This document shows, in pieces, positions 13,407 to 43,703 of a stretch of DNA of 64,000 bases. Both the position numbers and the translations under genes were made by a program. Numbering within the stretch: the stretch's first letter is position 1; every line of letters begins with the position of its first letter. This DNA is from Amoebidium appalachense. Lineage: Eukaryota; Protista; Ichthyosporea. The stretch lies in assembly GCA_963693365.1 (NCBI GenBank), contig CAVNZM010000002.1, positions 8,219,059 through 8,283,058 on the forward strand, given 5' to 3'. Below the pieces are notes generated by a model. The model saw only the letters and a list, made by a program, of their open reading frames with translations. It did no database searches and was not told where the DNA came from.

Positions 13407-14965
13407 GGGACGTGGATGGGAGAAAGAGATGAGAGAGGGTGGGTTTGGGGGGGGGGGGGGGATGGAGAGGAGAAAGGGACGTGAAGGAGGTGGGGGGGGG
13501 GGGGGGGTTATGGAGGGTTGCATAGACGGTATGACGGTACATATGCAAATCTGTGAGAGTGAGACATGCTTTGGTTTTGTGCTGGTATGTTTTGGAACCA
13601 TATGAGAATGTGGGGGATTGTGTACGCCAAGTGTATGATAAGGTCGAAAGGCTGATCGAATGAAGGATCTTCAAGTGTGAACATGCGAAAGATATAAGGT
13701 GTGTTGATTGTGTTAGTGCAGTGGAAATTTGCTTCCTTAGTCTCTCCCTTGGTTTCTCTTTTTTTTTGCCTTTCCCCCCGCTGAAGATTATAGTCTTTGC
13801 AGATCCGATGAGGTGGTGAAATATATTTTGTGTTTTGTTTGTGTTTTTATGTGATTGATAAGAAGTGATGCAAAGAGCATGAAGTTGTATGGTGCGTAGA
13901 GCCCTTCACGTGCTGAGCTTTGGGAGAATGAGACATGCATGTATGATGTTTGCGACTGATATGAGCGCTATATAGAGGGTGTGCATAAGTAGGTTTTGTC
14001 GGAATTATTGATGATGTTTGCGCACGTGTATGATATTTGAAAGCAACAGTGGGTGTTAACTTAATGCCAGTGGCAAGAACAGTTGTATTGAGACAAGACG
14101 ATATTAAAAGACAAGTCACAATTTACTGTGCAAAAATGTGTTTATTTTGCGATTAATATAGATAGGCCATACCTGACTTCCCACTTCGTAGGGTCCGTGC
14201 CAAAAAGGATTCATTCGTTGTTGGATTGGGCAACAGAGCCTATACCCCCCTACTCCCCCCCCTCGTCCCCCTCCCCCGTTCCTCCCAAACACACACGAAC
14301 CTTTCCTAAGACCTCCTTCACATCAGGTACCACGTGCTCCGTCCTTTTGTTCCGTTGGACCCTCCCCCCCCTCCCCACCCTCTCCCCTCCCCCCGCCCGG
14401 GCACGCACACACCACTCACGTACACGCACGTGCAAACCCACACACATGAACAAAACGCGAACACACAAACACGTATGCGCGTGAGTGCGCGTGCGCACGA
14501 CTCATGCACAAAATACACACAAGGCTTAAAAATCTTCAAAAACAGTGTGCCAATACACATGCAACCACGACAGGATACTATTACTACGTACAGACACACA
14601 CTGACACACACCGTGAAACATACCTATGGCACTCTAAATATCTCCGTGTGATGTGTGTAATTAAAGATGTATCGCACCTGTAAGTGTATACACATCCCGT
14701 GTGACGTGTGTGCGCGTCGTGTGTGAAGAGAACACGTGTGTGCGCGTCGTGTGTGAAGAGAACGAGGTCTACCCCAATTTCACAGGTCCCACCGCTTATA
14801 AACTAGACTGTGGCCAGACGTATGCATGTAGGGTACTAAGTCTCGCTTGTGGCTCAAAAATACCGGCCCTGAATAGAAAAACATAGGCAGGGTATCCTGC
14901 CAACCCAATAACCATAAATCCCCCCCCTCCTCCCCCCGGCCCCCCGCCCCCCCCCCCCCCCCCCC

Positions 14966-14999
<34 letters not shown>

Positions 15000-15685
15000 C
15001 GACCGCCCCGGGCCCCCAGCCTCCCGCGGTAGGTGTTTGACGCCCCCTTTTAATATGTCACCAGTTGGGAGACAGAACCGTCCCCCCAGGTTTTCCGTCA
15101 TCAAACGGTGTTCTGTAAAATAGGTGCAAGGGGACTTCCTACCACATGTACGGTTTTACAAAACTATGTACTCCACTTGTCTATAGCTATATCTTGAGTA
15201 GACGACTAATACTGGAAGGGAATACGGATGGTGCAAAACCAAAACTTGGTTGGTTGGTTGGTTGGGGTTTTTTTGGGGGGGGGGGGGGGGGGGGGAGGGG
15301 GGAGGGGGAGGGGGGGGGGGGGGGGAGCCTCAGGGGGGAGGGGTAAACTCAGATGCTGGGTGGGTGGTGCAAAAATGTCAATGGGGAAGGCGCGGGAGGG
15401 GGAGGGATAAAAGAGGAGCATTTCTGCAGCTGAATGCATTTTATTCCGGGATAGAAACACTATCAGTATCGGATTTTCTTTCAAATTTTGTGAAATTTTG
15501 CACAGGTCAACTATATTAGGGGTGTAGCCTAATTCCCTCACACTGCTAAACTTACAGAGAGCGGCAACTTGAACACAGCGGCCTTATCGCTCTACGTCAA
15601 ACTAAGTTATTGAACTACTAACACTAAATTTGTCATACTCGGCACCTGACATTCGTGCCAAGTTCTGTATTCAAGCATTCCGTTG

Positions 15686-15797
15686 ACAGCTGGGTTACCC
15701 CCCCCCCCCCCCCCCCCCCCCCCCACAGCTGGGTTACCCCCCCCCCCCCCCCCCCCCCCACAGCTGGGTTACCCCCCCCCCCCCCCCCCCCCCCCCC
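15686..15797. repeat. Tandem acagctgggtta+poly(C) x3
   Basis: Three copies of acagctgggtta, each followed by a C homopolymer. Confidence 0.85.
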
Positions 15798-16086
15798 AAC
15801 CCCTCTCCCCTGCCCCCCTTGGGCCACCCGACCCAATGGCCACATTTGGACAACCAATTCAGCAAATTTCCGAACTAGCAGCCTAAATACTCAGCCCCGG
15901 GAGAACAAGGGAATAAAAGGGACAAAAAAAAAAACAAAAAAAAAAAACAAAAAAACAGTACTTCAAAGTAAAACTCACTTTGAAGTTTTTCCACAATGCG
16001 TGTTGAATTATTATTATCGATGATTTCCATCACGTCCTAGAATCTGCCCGTGAAAGAGAATTATTATCGATGATTTCCATCATGTC

Positions 16087-17017
16087 CTAGAATCTGCCCG
16101 TGAAAGACTGAGACATCAGCTGGGCATCACAATTGAACCGCCAGTCGAGAGGTGGGTTCTGGCACACGGGCGCAATGGTTTTACCCGCCTCCAGAGGAAT
16201 TTGCCTCAGCCAATCAGTAAGCGGCACGCCGTTCACGTTTGCAGTATACAGGCTGTCGTAGTTGATGAAGCAGTGCAGGGACCCATCAATCACATACGTC
16301 ACGAAATTATTTGAAGTAAACGATTTGAACATTCCCACAACGGCGTTGTAAAAGGCGTCTGGGGACATTAGGCCGGTGGGTGTGGAGGGAGTGCTCATTT
16401 TTGCGCAAACAGGGGCATCGGCAGGGAGGGCGGTCCACCTCAGGCCGGTGAAGAAGTATTGGTGCATGAGGAAGTAGAAGGCCTGTTGCACTAGGTCGGT
16501 CTTGGTTTGGACGGCGACATACAGCGTGTTGGGATGTTGCGACTGTAGATGGAAGGAGCAGATAATTGGGTTAGATATAAACTGACTACACAACCTGAAA
16601 AGGGGTTAAATACAGTGTATTTGTTGCATAAACCAGGTTAGATGACAACTGAATATACAAGCAACAAAACACAGCTGAGATATACAATTCACACTCAGTC
16701 CCCGGGTTGTGCAACTGACATAGTTATTTAATTTAACGGCTGGGGAGTTGCCATGGGGGGGGGGGGGGGATAAAAAAACGGGTTTAGGATCATTAGAAAA
16801 GTAGGACAGGGGGAAGGGGGGGGGGGGGGGGGGGGGGGGGGGAGGGGGGGGGGGGAGCAAGGCCCTTGATTTGGCACAATCTTCGTATCCTATTTAGTGA
16901 GAAGAGGTGAAGTCTACGGAGAGGTGGTGTGGTGTGGTGTGGTGTGGTGTGGTGTGGTGTGGTGGGGGATGGGGTGGGGACAGCGGGATGAGAGAGAGGG
17001 GGGGCCGGGGGGGAGTG

Positions 17018-17062
<45 letters not shown>

Positions 17063-17449
17063 ACCTGGATGTATGAAAAGAGCTCGCAAGCGTAGAGGTT
17101 TGCAGCAGCCAGCTTGGCCTGCATGGGGGCAGGCAGGAGGTCTACTATGGGGGAGCCCTGGAAATAGTCTTTCAGGATTTGGCGGTGTTCGGGAGGGAAG
17201 ACGGAGGCGTAAGAGTCAACAATCACGGCTGAACGGGGCTCGTAGCCTAGCTCCTGCCTGAACCTGTGTGTGTACGTGTGTGTGTGTGTGTGCATGTACG
17301 TGTGTGTGCATGTACGTGTGTACGGACAGGGCAGTGATGGGTGGTGGGTGGGGGAGGAGGGGGTAAGAATAACAGAAGCAAAGTGGAGTATGATTGGCTA
17401 GTAACAGAAAGGGTGTGGGAGCAGTTGCACTGGGGCTGTACACCGAGAT

Positions 17450-17484
<35 letters not shown>

Positions 17485-17901
17485 CACACACACACGAAGT
17501 GTTCCCTTCTTCTCCTCCTCATTCCTTCCTCTTCCTCTTTTTCTCTTCTTATTCAGTTCTCCTCCTTCTTCTTCCCTTCCTCCCCCCTCCCACCCTTTTT
17601 TTTTTTTTTTCTTTTTCTTTTTCTTTTTTTTTTCTGGGGGAGGGGGGGGGGGGGGGGGGGGGGGGGGTAGATTGCAACATACAGAGGAATCTAAGGATGG
17701 AGCAAAAAAAAGCAGCAATCATTAAAAATCGTAGGCGCAAAAAAAAAGCAGCAATCATTAAAAATCGTAGGTCCAGAAAAACAAGCAAGTGTGCACACAC
17801 CTGGGGTGCAGGGTAAGGGGGTGCGGGGAAGGGGGAGACAAAATTTGGCAGAGTCGGCGTGCCGTATTGTGTTGCGTGCGTGCACGCGCGCGCGTGTGTG
17901 T

Positions 17902-17952
<51 letters not shown>

Positions 17953-17971
17953 CGGAGAGGAGGGGGGGCAT

Positions 17972-18012
<41 letters not shown>

Positions 18013-18758
18013 TGTGTAAGTCTCAAGTTAAATTCCACCGATCAACAATCAAACCCACCTGTTAAGGAGGTAGTGAGACCATGCGTGCACGCCCACAGCA
18101 CCGGCCGACGACCCACCCATGACCAAAGTCTTCGGTTTCATGTTCTTGAAAATCCAATCAAGGGTGGCGAGGGTATTGTTTCTGCCCGTCTGTCGCACTT
18201 CATTTCCATTTGGGTAATTCCGGACAATATCGGCGACGTGAAGATCCCCCGAGCAGTAGAGAATGTTGACGATCGTGTAATCGGCAAATGGATTTATGGG
18301 GTTTTTCTTGTCAAAGATCCCCCCGCCCTCAGCAATGGGCATTTGAGACGCCGTCACGAGTTTACCCGGGGTGTTGTCGCACGTTCCTGCACGCAGGATT
18401 TGCAAGTGTCAGTCGTCATGTCTATCATTATCGCCTGAAAATCATTGGCCAAAGCCCCGTGCCTGCAAGCATGTTTGCTATGACTCGGAGGTGATGGAAT
18501 TCAATAATCTAATAAACCTTCGCCCCAGCCTTACTGTACCCAGGCAGGGACGCGGGGAAGTAAGGTGTACAGAGAGCTGATCATCGTTTCCGATTTTTTC
18601 TTTTCTCCCCTGATTTCTTTCCCTGCTTTTATTATCTTTCGTGGCCAAGGTGTTTTTTCTTTCCAAACCTTTCTTTCTGTTCTTCTTTCTTTTTAATTTC
18701 TTTTTGTTTTCTTTTCCGAAAGTTTCCTTTCTCTTCTTCTCCTTTTTTTTTTTTTTTT

Positions 18759-18804
<46 letters not shown>

Positions 18805-19200
18805 TAATCATACATACCAACTTTGTTGGGATCACTAGACCAGCAAGCACCCCCCTGCTGGAAGTACATAAGCAACTTATCACTGCGTCCCGGCAGCACC
18901 TGAAAGCGGAAGGGAATGTCATCCACTATGCAGCTGCAGCCCTGCCCTGGCTCGATAAGTGCCCCGGTGGCAGGCAGGGAGGAAAGGGGACACCTCGAGG
19001 GGTCGTTTTGTAACTTGCAGACGGGCATTGGTGGCGCCTTCTGAACTGCCTGCCTGTGGGGTGCATGAGCGGATGAGCGACCGTAATGCATGGACGTGGG
19101 ACTCTTTGAAAGGCTGGTTGCCACATCATTTGGGTAAATACATCTGTGCCTTAGTGGCCCCGACGAGCAGTCAAGTCGTTTGAAGGGAAGAATGTAGTTT

Positions 19201-19243
<43 letters not shown>

Positions 19244-19772
19244 CACACACTTAGGCCTCTTGGTGGCCGCGATATATTGTAAAATGTGCATGTCTTCATG
19301 CAGGCAGAAAGCAAAATCAGTGAAACAGTAAAAAACGGAACTGTTACATATACAAAGCTTGAAGTCTGCCATGGATTGTAAGCAGGCAGGGCACAATCAG
19401 TAGAATGATGGGTTGAATGCCGACCAGAATACTTTGAATTGGTCTTGAGAACCGTATCTGTGCACATAAACAAACGGGATATATTGGGACTTCATACAGA
19501 ACCAAGGAGCGGGCACAGTTGAATGAGTCCTTCACCAGGTCGCAGGCTATGCCCTGTGAGTTGAGGCTTGACACCTGGGTGGACACGGGCGTGCTTGTAA
19601 GCGACTGCACTGCCCCAGACACTATGGCAGCTGCGCCTGCAACCGTGTTCTGGGCTGCTTGAACAACATTGGTCACGGCCTGTGCCACTGGTTTGAAGGT
19701 GAAGAAGAGAAAACCGTTGGCTGGCGCACTGGCCAGCGCGAGGTAGACTGGAAGGAGTAGTGCTTTCCCCAT
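16087..19772 (-). CDS. Secreted pectin acetylesterase / Notum-family (PAE) alpha/beta hydrolase
   Basis: Signal peptide MGKALLLPVYLALASAPANG. Motifs KLLMYFQQGGACW, GGIFDKKNPINPFADYTIVNILYCSGDLH, GSSAG (nucleophile), VIVDS, QTKTD (Asp), GSLHC (His). Phase-consistent exons: ends 18818, then 18386-18059, 17263-17065, 16542-16087. Exons between 19500 and 19150 are not resolved and may include a frameshift. Confidence 0.85.
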
Positions 19773-20746
19773 GTTTAGCTCTTTTGTTGGTTAGTGTTGT
19801 AGTAGAGGCGGGGTAGTAAGAAGTTGTAGCTGTCACTGTGTGTCGTGCAAATGCCCTACTACACTTCGTGTCACAGTTCTACAGTGAGCGAGTATATATA
19901 TATTGCACTGACCTCATGTTTATAATTGAACGTGGTGCATAAATCCCGTACAAAGGTACACAATATTAACGAACACTTTTTGAATTATTGATACAATATC
20001 AGGGTGTTGAGGAGAAGACTCTCCATAATAATCGTCTGTTTACACAGCAACTTATGCACGGGCAGGTAATTACTGTGGAAATTGGAACATGCGCGCGCAA
20101 AAGTCACTAACCAAACAAACTTCCTAGACAAATATGGTAAACGTCCGTGTATTACGATTGGTGAAATCAAATATCGAAAATTGAAGCATGCTCATTGGTG
20201 AGCCATTTCTTTGTCTGGGCACTGTGATTGAATGAAAAGAGCAAAGTTTCCCAAGTATGCCGCAAAGTATGTCGAAGACAAATAGAAATTATAGGATATA
20301 CTATTTTAATGTAAATTAATTGAAGTCCGAAATACTCGGTGACTGTCTCGTTGCGATTGTGCGGGTGAAAAAAAAATGACTGCAATGTGCACGTGCACGT
20401 GCGCGAATGTGTGCCACCTATGTGTTTGTACTTGTTAATGAATGTGAAATTATACAGGGGCGGGCACGTGTGGGGTACAAAATGTGTGGGGCGAGGTCTG
20501 TGAGAGAGGCGAGCTCGAGACCACGAGCTCGAGGGAAAGGGAGAGACTCGGAGCGAGAGTGGGAGAGAGAGGGGAGAGAGGGGGGGGGGAGAGGGGGGGG
20601 GAGGGGGGGGGGGGGGGGCGCGGCGGGGGGGGGGGGGGGGGGGGGGGGGGGAGAGAGAGAGAGAGAGGGAGAGAGGGAATCGAGAGAGAGAGAGAAGGAA
20701 AGGGAGAGAAAGAGAGAAAGATTCGAGAAGAGAGAGATATAGATAG

Positions 20747-21008
<262 letters not shown>

Positions 21009-21469
21009 AATGATTAAGAAATTTATTTTTAATAATCATATCCAAAGTTGTCGTCGTTGCTAATAATAAGCGGAATTTGTCTGTTTTTTTTTTTGAGAGA
21101 GGGGAGAGGGGGAGGAGGAGGGGGGAAGGGGGATGGGGAGGAGGGGGGGGGGGGGGGGGGGGGGGGGGGTCGGGGGGGCGGGGGGTCGAACCCACAATGG
21201 CCAAGGCTTGCGCAAAAGCTCCCTAAAATATAAAGCAGCTGGGGAAGGAAGCCCTAGCTAACTAGATAGGCCTTGTGTCGACCAACCACGATCACCCGCA
21301 CCTCCACTCTTTGTTTGTAAGTTTGATATCGAGTCATTGTATTCACTTCTTACTTCGATGCCTAACACCTCTGCTCTCTGTGCCTAATAATCATTACAGC
21401 ATAAACTTTCCCCATGACTCATCGGATACATACCATTATCATTTTGGCAATGTTCACCCCCCGGGGGGG

Positions 21470-21524
<55 letters not shown>

Positions 21525-21775
21525 ACATGCACACACGAATCTGTGATATTGAATTGGCCGAAAGTTGCACACGCACACACATCCATGTAATCTCTGCAAG
21601 GGAAAGAGGAGCCACCGGCCGCAGGAGGGCCCGGGGGGGGGGGGGGGGGGGGGGGGGGGACAAATTAGTCGCATACACGTGCAAACAAACACACGCGCTC
21701 ACATCCAAACAAACGAAAAAGGCACTTGCACATCCGCACACACGCACACACGCTTGCACACACGCATGCATGCAT

Positions 21776-21818
<43 letters not shown>

Positions 21819-22894
21819 CGCACGCATACACACACACACACACATGTCATGCGCGCCATGTGCAGGCAGGCAGTCAGGCACACATTCACATACTCGACGA
21901 ATACCACAATGTCATGGACTAGCTACACATGTACACACAGAGACAGACACGTGAGCCCACACACACACACACACACATGCACACACACTTCACAGGCATC
22001 ATGAATTCAACTGGTGCAGTCACGGCAGTATGTTTACCCGTACCGATATCTATCTGCTGATGGATGTTGTTCGTTGAGTTTTTTTTTTGCCTGTGAGCAC
22101 ACCTCAGAAACAACTGCAGACGTGATTATGACTGTGTATTCAAATTACCAGTACAATATGCATTGTAGCGGCACACACCCGGTAAAACACCTAAAAAAGT
22201 AGGATTATCGCAATCTCAATAAAATCTTGCATTAACCAATTAATCGCGCGCACGCTGGCTGATATTAGCCATAGATGGAAATTTGGTCGGGAAATTTTGG
22301 AGCGCAAAAAAAAGTTAATATTGAAAACAACTAAAAAAAGTATGATTATACGATGAGTCTAGCCTCAAGTGCTGTTAAGGATAAGAATAGCAATAAATAG
22401 CAAGACAGAGGCTCTAGATGGGGGTGTAACACATAGACAGGGGCTGCACCCACACCCTATAGCTAAATAATGTAAGCTAGCATATACTGTTAGAGAAAAA
22501 TTATGGGGTAGAGCTGAAAATAAATATACAATCCGATACCGCTTTGCAGTATAATTTTTGCCACACATAAACCAAAGCAGCGACACCAGTGACAAAAGAA
22601 TCTATGTCGATTGACTGGAGGTTAACATCTATATACCGGTATTTTTCTAGTCTTCCTTTCTATTGCAATCACAAATGATGACTATAAACGGAGACAGCAC
22701 CATATGTAGGCAAAACAAATCACACATTCAGACATCAGCATGACGCATACCGACGCCAAAATGACGTCTGCACCCCTCTTAATACCGACATATCCTCTAA
22801 AAGTCGTCCTGCTCACCATCAAATTTGCACCATGCCATAAAATTACTATGAATGACAAGTTCCCAATGGTGTCAGTGTGCTGGCAATTTTAGAA

Positions 22895-33310
<10,416 letters not shown>

Positions 33311-33543
33311 TGTGCGACTTTCCCCTGTCACTTTGATTTGAAAAACTATCCGAGAGGAGCCACGGAAGGGAGAGCTCTGATGTCTGAGGGCCCGAGCTCT
33401 TGCAAGACAGAAAGAAAAGCTGAGAGCCTGAGGCTCACGGCTGGTACCGGTGAGTGGCACAGGGCGTAGGAAGCTTATCGCGCGCCATCAAAAGCCTTAT
33501 CTCGCGCCATCAGCGCACCCACAGCCAATCAACTTGCAGTACT

Positions 33544-33694
33544 ATGATATATTTGGTAAATACTCATTTTATCCACCAATCGGAAGAAGATGGTGTGATG
33601 ATCGGCATCACACATCTCTTCCTGTAGAAGCGACTATAAAAGTCGTGTTTTTCGCTTCTCTCAAACAGTCTTTTCCTCGCCGCTTCTCTTAGGA
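33544..33694 (+). repeat. 151-bp direct repeat A1 of the DIRS element
   Basis: Identical by eye to 36051-36201. Confidence 0.95.
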
Positions 33695-34008
33695 GAAGCG
33701 CGCGTTAGTGAGGCCGGTCTAGTGACCAAGACCAAAGCTTTTGAGCGCAGTGAGCGCTATAGTCAGTCGTGTAGGTCCCTAGACTTTAGCTATAATAATA
33801 GGCCCAGGAACCGCAGATCATTGAGACCGGAAGCGCTCATGAGTTTTTGCAAAACCCAAGTGGGGTTGTGTTTTGGGGTTGTTTGTGTAGCTATAAGCAC
33901 CTAGGCACGTCTGGCAACGTTGGCCCGTGTGGGCTGCTCGCGTGAGCATGTACAGCAGCAACGTGTGCTGCTCTCTAGTCCTAGTGTGGGCCCCGGCAGC
34001 AGTGGTCT

Positions 34009-35991
34009 GTGCGGGGGCGGCCGGTTATGTGTGCTCCCAGTAAGCCAGTGGGCGGGGTAGCACCTGCACCGCTCTATCAACGGGTGCGTGCGTGCCACGA
34101 CGAGTGGGCGCGCGGTGGAGCAGCCAAGGACGTGCTCTTCTGGATTAAGTATGGCATCACACCCGAATGGTGCGCTGGGCCGCCACCTCCCCACGACATG
34201 GGGGAGGTACCTAGACTTGGGCGAAGTTTCGGAGGAGGAGGCGTTGGTGGAAGTTGCGCGTTTAGTGGGTAAGGGCGCACTTGAACCCATCGACGAGTCC
34301 AGGAAGCATTGCGTGTCGACCACGTATGGGGTGCGGAAACCAAACGGTAAAGTGCGGCTTATAATCGACATGCGCCCAGTGAATGAGTATGCCGTACAGC
34401 GGGGCCTCAAGTACGAGACGCTCAGCGACCTGCAGGTCATTGCTCAGCCAGGTGACCACGGCTTCAGTTTCGACCTGGAGGACGGCTACTTTGCGCTGGC
34501 AATTGCGCCACGGTGGCGTAAATATTTTCAGATTCGGGTTGGCGGACAGCTGTATCAGTACACTGTGCTGCCTTTCGGCTATTCCCTCAGCCCATACTAC
34601 TTCACGCGGCTCATGAAGGAGTTCGGTCGGCGTCTTCACCGGCGCGGTGTGCGCACGTTAGCGTTCTTGGACGACTGGTTGGTCGTCGAACGGCCGCTAA
34701 AGGCGCTGCAAACTCGCGATGTTGTTGAGGAAGAGCTCGAGGCAACGGGCCTGAGCCGAAATACGGAGAAGGGCCAGTGGGAGCCCACCGACCACCTCGA
34801 CCATCTAGGCATCCATGTCGACCTTGCGGCGGGTGTGTTGGCCCCTACCGCCGCCACTATGGAAAAGCTGGTGGAGGAGACCAAGCGGGTGATGGCCAAG
34901 GCTCGCAAGGGCAAGCGATGGGTGGAAAAGAAGCAAGTCGCCCGGTGGTTGGGGGTGGTCATGAGTCTGCGGGCTGCCACTCCCCACGTGCTGACGTTGG
35001 TGCGGCCAGTGTATGCCGCCCTACGCGGGGGAAATTGGCGCAGTTTCGTTCGGCTTTCGGGGCGTCAGTTACGGATTATCGGTCGGACGCCCCAGTTCAT
35101 TGGCCGGTTGCCTCGGGCGGAGATATGGCCCAACCCGGTCACGGCTACGCTCATCACGGATGCCGCCACCACACACGGCTGGGGGGCCGTGCTTCAAGTG
35201 GCGGGATCCCCTGCCCCTGCGCTTGAGGCGGCGGGCCGGTGGGCAGCCGACGACGCTCCGCGGGCGGCGGCGATTGCGGAGTGTGAGGGCCTGTTGGAGG
35301 CCTATCAGAGCCCTGCCCTGCAGGAAGCCCTCCGTGGGCAGCGGGTGCAGTGGCAAGCCGATGCCCAGGCGGCCCTTGGGGCCGTGCGGAAAAAGGGCAG
35401 CGGCAGCCCCTCGATGCAGCGCATTCTGTGGCAGCTTCTGCAGTTGTGCCTCGACCACGGGTTGCCTTGGCCACAGGAGGTGGCCTACATCCCGGGTGAG
35501 CTCAACGACCGAGCAGATTGGCTGTCGCGGGTGGACCCCCGGCATGAATGGCAAGTCACGCCGGAGTCGAGCGGGTGGAGTGGCTGCTGGGCATGCAGCC
35601 CGAAGTCGATCGGTTTGCCACCCACACCTCGGCAGTGAAGGCTGAGTTCAATGTGTGGGCCCAGGCAGGGGCCCCCGGTGGGATGGCAGACGGGTTGGCG
35701 GTGCCGTGGACGGCACCAAGCTGGTGGGCGCCTCCGTTCCCGCTGATCAAGCGAACGGTGGCCAAGCTGCAGCGGGAAGGTGCAGCGGGCATCCTCGTCG
35801 TTCCAGTGTGGGATACGGCGTCGTGGTGGCCCGTCATTCAGGGGTTGGCTTCGGCAAGTGTGCCTCTGCGCCCCTCTGAGGTGATTTTCCCGTGCGGGGT
35901 GCGGCCGTGGCGTATGCAAGCATTTCGTCTGGACCGCACCCCGGTTCCTGGGCAGGCTGAGGGGCCCCAGCCAGCCAGCGTAATTGTATAA
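34009..35991 (+). pseudogene. DIRS pol: reverse transcriptase, RNase H, N6-adenine methyltransferase-like domain (two frameshifts)
   Basis: RT: VRKPNGKVRLIIDMRPVN, SFDLEDGYF, YQYTVLPFGYSLSPYYFT, AFLDDWL. RNase H: LITDAATTHGWGA, YIPGELNDRADWLSR. MT: VDRFAT...DGLAVPW...WAPPFPLI...ILVVPVWDTASWW in ORF 35548-35991. The N-terminal segment is in ORF 34009-34272. Frameshifts at about 34215 and 35560. Confidence 0.9.
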
Positions 35992-36050
35992 TAGTGTGTG
36001 TTAGCCGGCTGTGTCCAAGTGTGGACGTAGATAGCAGTTTGGTGTCTAAA

Positions 36051-36201
36051 ATGATATATTTGGTAAATACTCATTTTATCCACCAATCGGAAGAAGATGG
36101 TGTGATGATCGGCATCACACATCTCTTCCTGTAGAAGCGACTATAAAAGTCGTGTTTTTCGCTTCTCTCAAACAGTCTTTTCCTCGCCGCTTCTCTTAGG
36201 A
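36051..36201 (+). repeat. 151-bp direct repeat A2 of the DIRS element
   Basis: Identical by eye to 33544-33694. Preceded by B1 (agcagtttggtgtctaaaATGA), which recurs at 36501-36522. Confidence 0.95.
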
Positions 36202-36667
36202 CCCACCCACCCGCCCGCAATCTGTTTCCTCGCCGTTTGCCTGCTGTTCTCAGCTTTATGGATCAGGGCTGTGAGTGCTAGGTTGAGGACCGTAGTAGTG
36301 CTTGGTTGGGGGGGGGGGGAGGGGGGGGGGGGGATGATTTCTGTTTTCTGGCCCGAGGGCCTTATCTGTATTGATCTCGTGTGTATGGCCCCAGGGCCGG
36401 GAGTCAGTACATGTGATTTATTTGCGGGCCAGTGGGGGCCTGCGGGGACGGCAGCCAGGTGCTGCCTCTCATCATCAGACCGGCCATAAAGCAATCGAAA
36501 AGCAGTTTGGTGTCTAAAATGAACTATTCAAGCAGCCTAAGCCCACAGCAGGTCTGCTGGCTCTCTGGCTGTCACTTCGAGTCGTGCAGAGAGGCTAAGG
36601 AGAAGCCGAGGCCGAAACTTGAAACGTTTGGAATGTGTCATAGTCGAGCAAGTATAGGCTAAACAAT

Positions 36668-43431
<6,764 letters not shown>

Positions 43432-43500
43432 GGTGATATGTAATGAGTTATTAGATGATTGTGATATTATGTCTATCTGATTGTCAAAAATGGCTTCCCC

Positions 43501-43610
43501 CATGGCTGATGTTGCATACTTGAATGTTTGCCTTTGCATGTGTCCTGCACCATGCTTCTCATCGTGTATGCGTACTTCATACCGTGTTCCGCATTCAACC
43601 CCCCCCCCCT
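43501..43610 (+). mobile_element. 5'-truncated copy of the SINE-like repeat
   Basis: Matches 9185-9290 (catggctgatg...ccgcattcaa-poly C). Confidence 0.8.
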
Positions 43611-43668
43611 CTCTCTCTCTCTCTTTTTTTTTTTTTTTTTTTTTTTTTTTGGTTTTCCCTCTTCGCCT

Positions 43669-43703
<35 letters not shown>

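Larger units (their letters stand above)
33544..36522 (+). mobile_element. Defective, internally deleted DIRS-superfamily (PAT-like, split-direct-repeat) retrotransposon
   Basis: Layout A1 (33544-33694), pol, B1 (36033-36054), A2 (36051-36201), B2 (36501-36522). Contains RT, RNase H and DIRS methyltransferase-like domains. An ATGA core occurs at both termini and at the B1/A2 junction. No gag or tyrosine recombinase ORF is visible. Confidence 0.85.

Noticed and set aside
19891-19903. TATA-like run upstream of the esterase ATG
   Set aside because: It cannot be told apart from a short (TA)n repeat without TSS data.
34088-35638. RT between two variable paralogues as a diversity-generating retroelement or retron
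   Set aside because: The RT is a standard DIRS pol with RNase H. Differences between the paralogues are not adenine-specific and no TR/VR pair is visible.
33544-36201. 151-bp direct repeats as LTRs of a Gypsy/Copia element
   Set aside because: There are no TG...CA ends, integrase or protease. The RT/RNase H/MT domains and the B repeat are DIRS-type.
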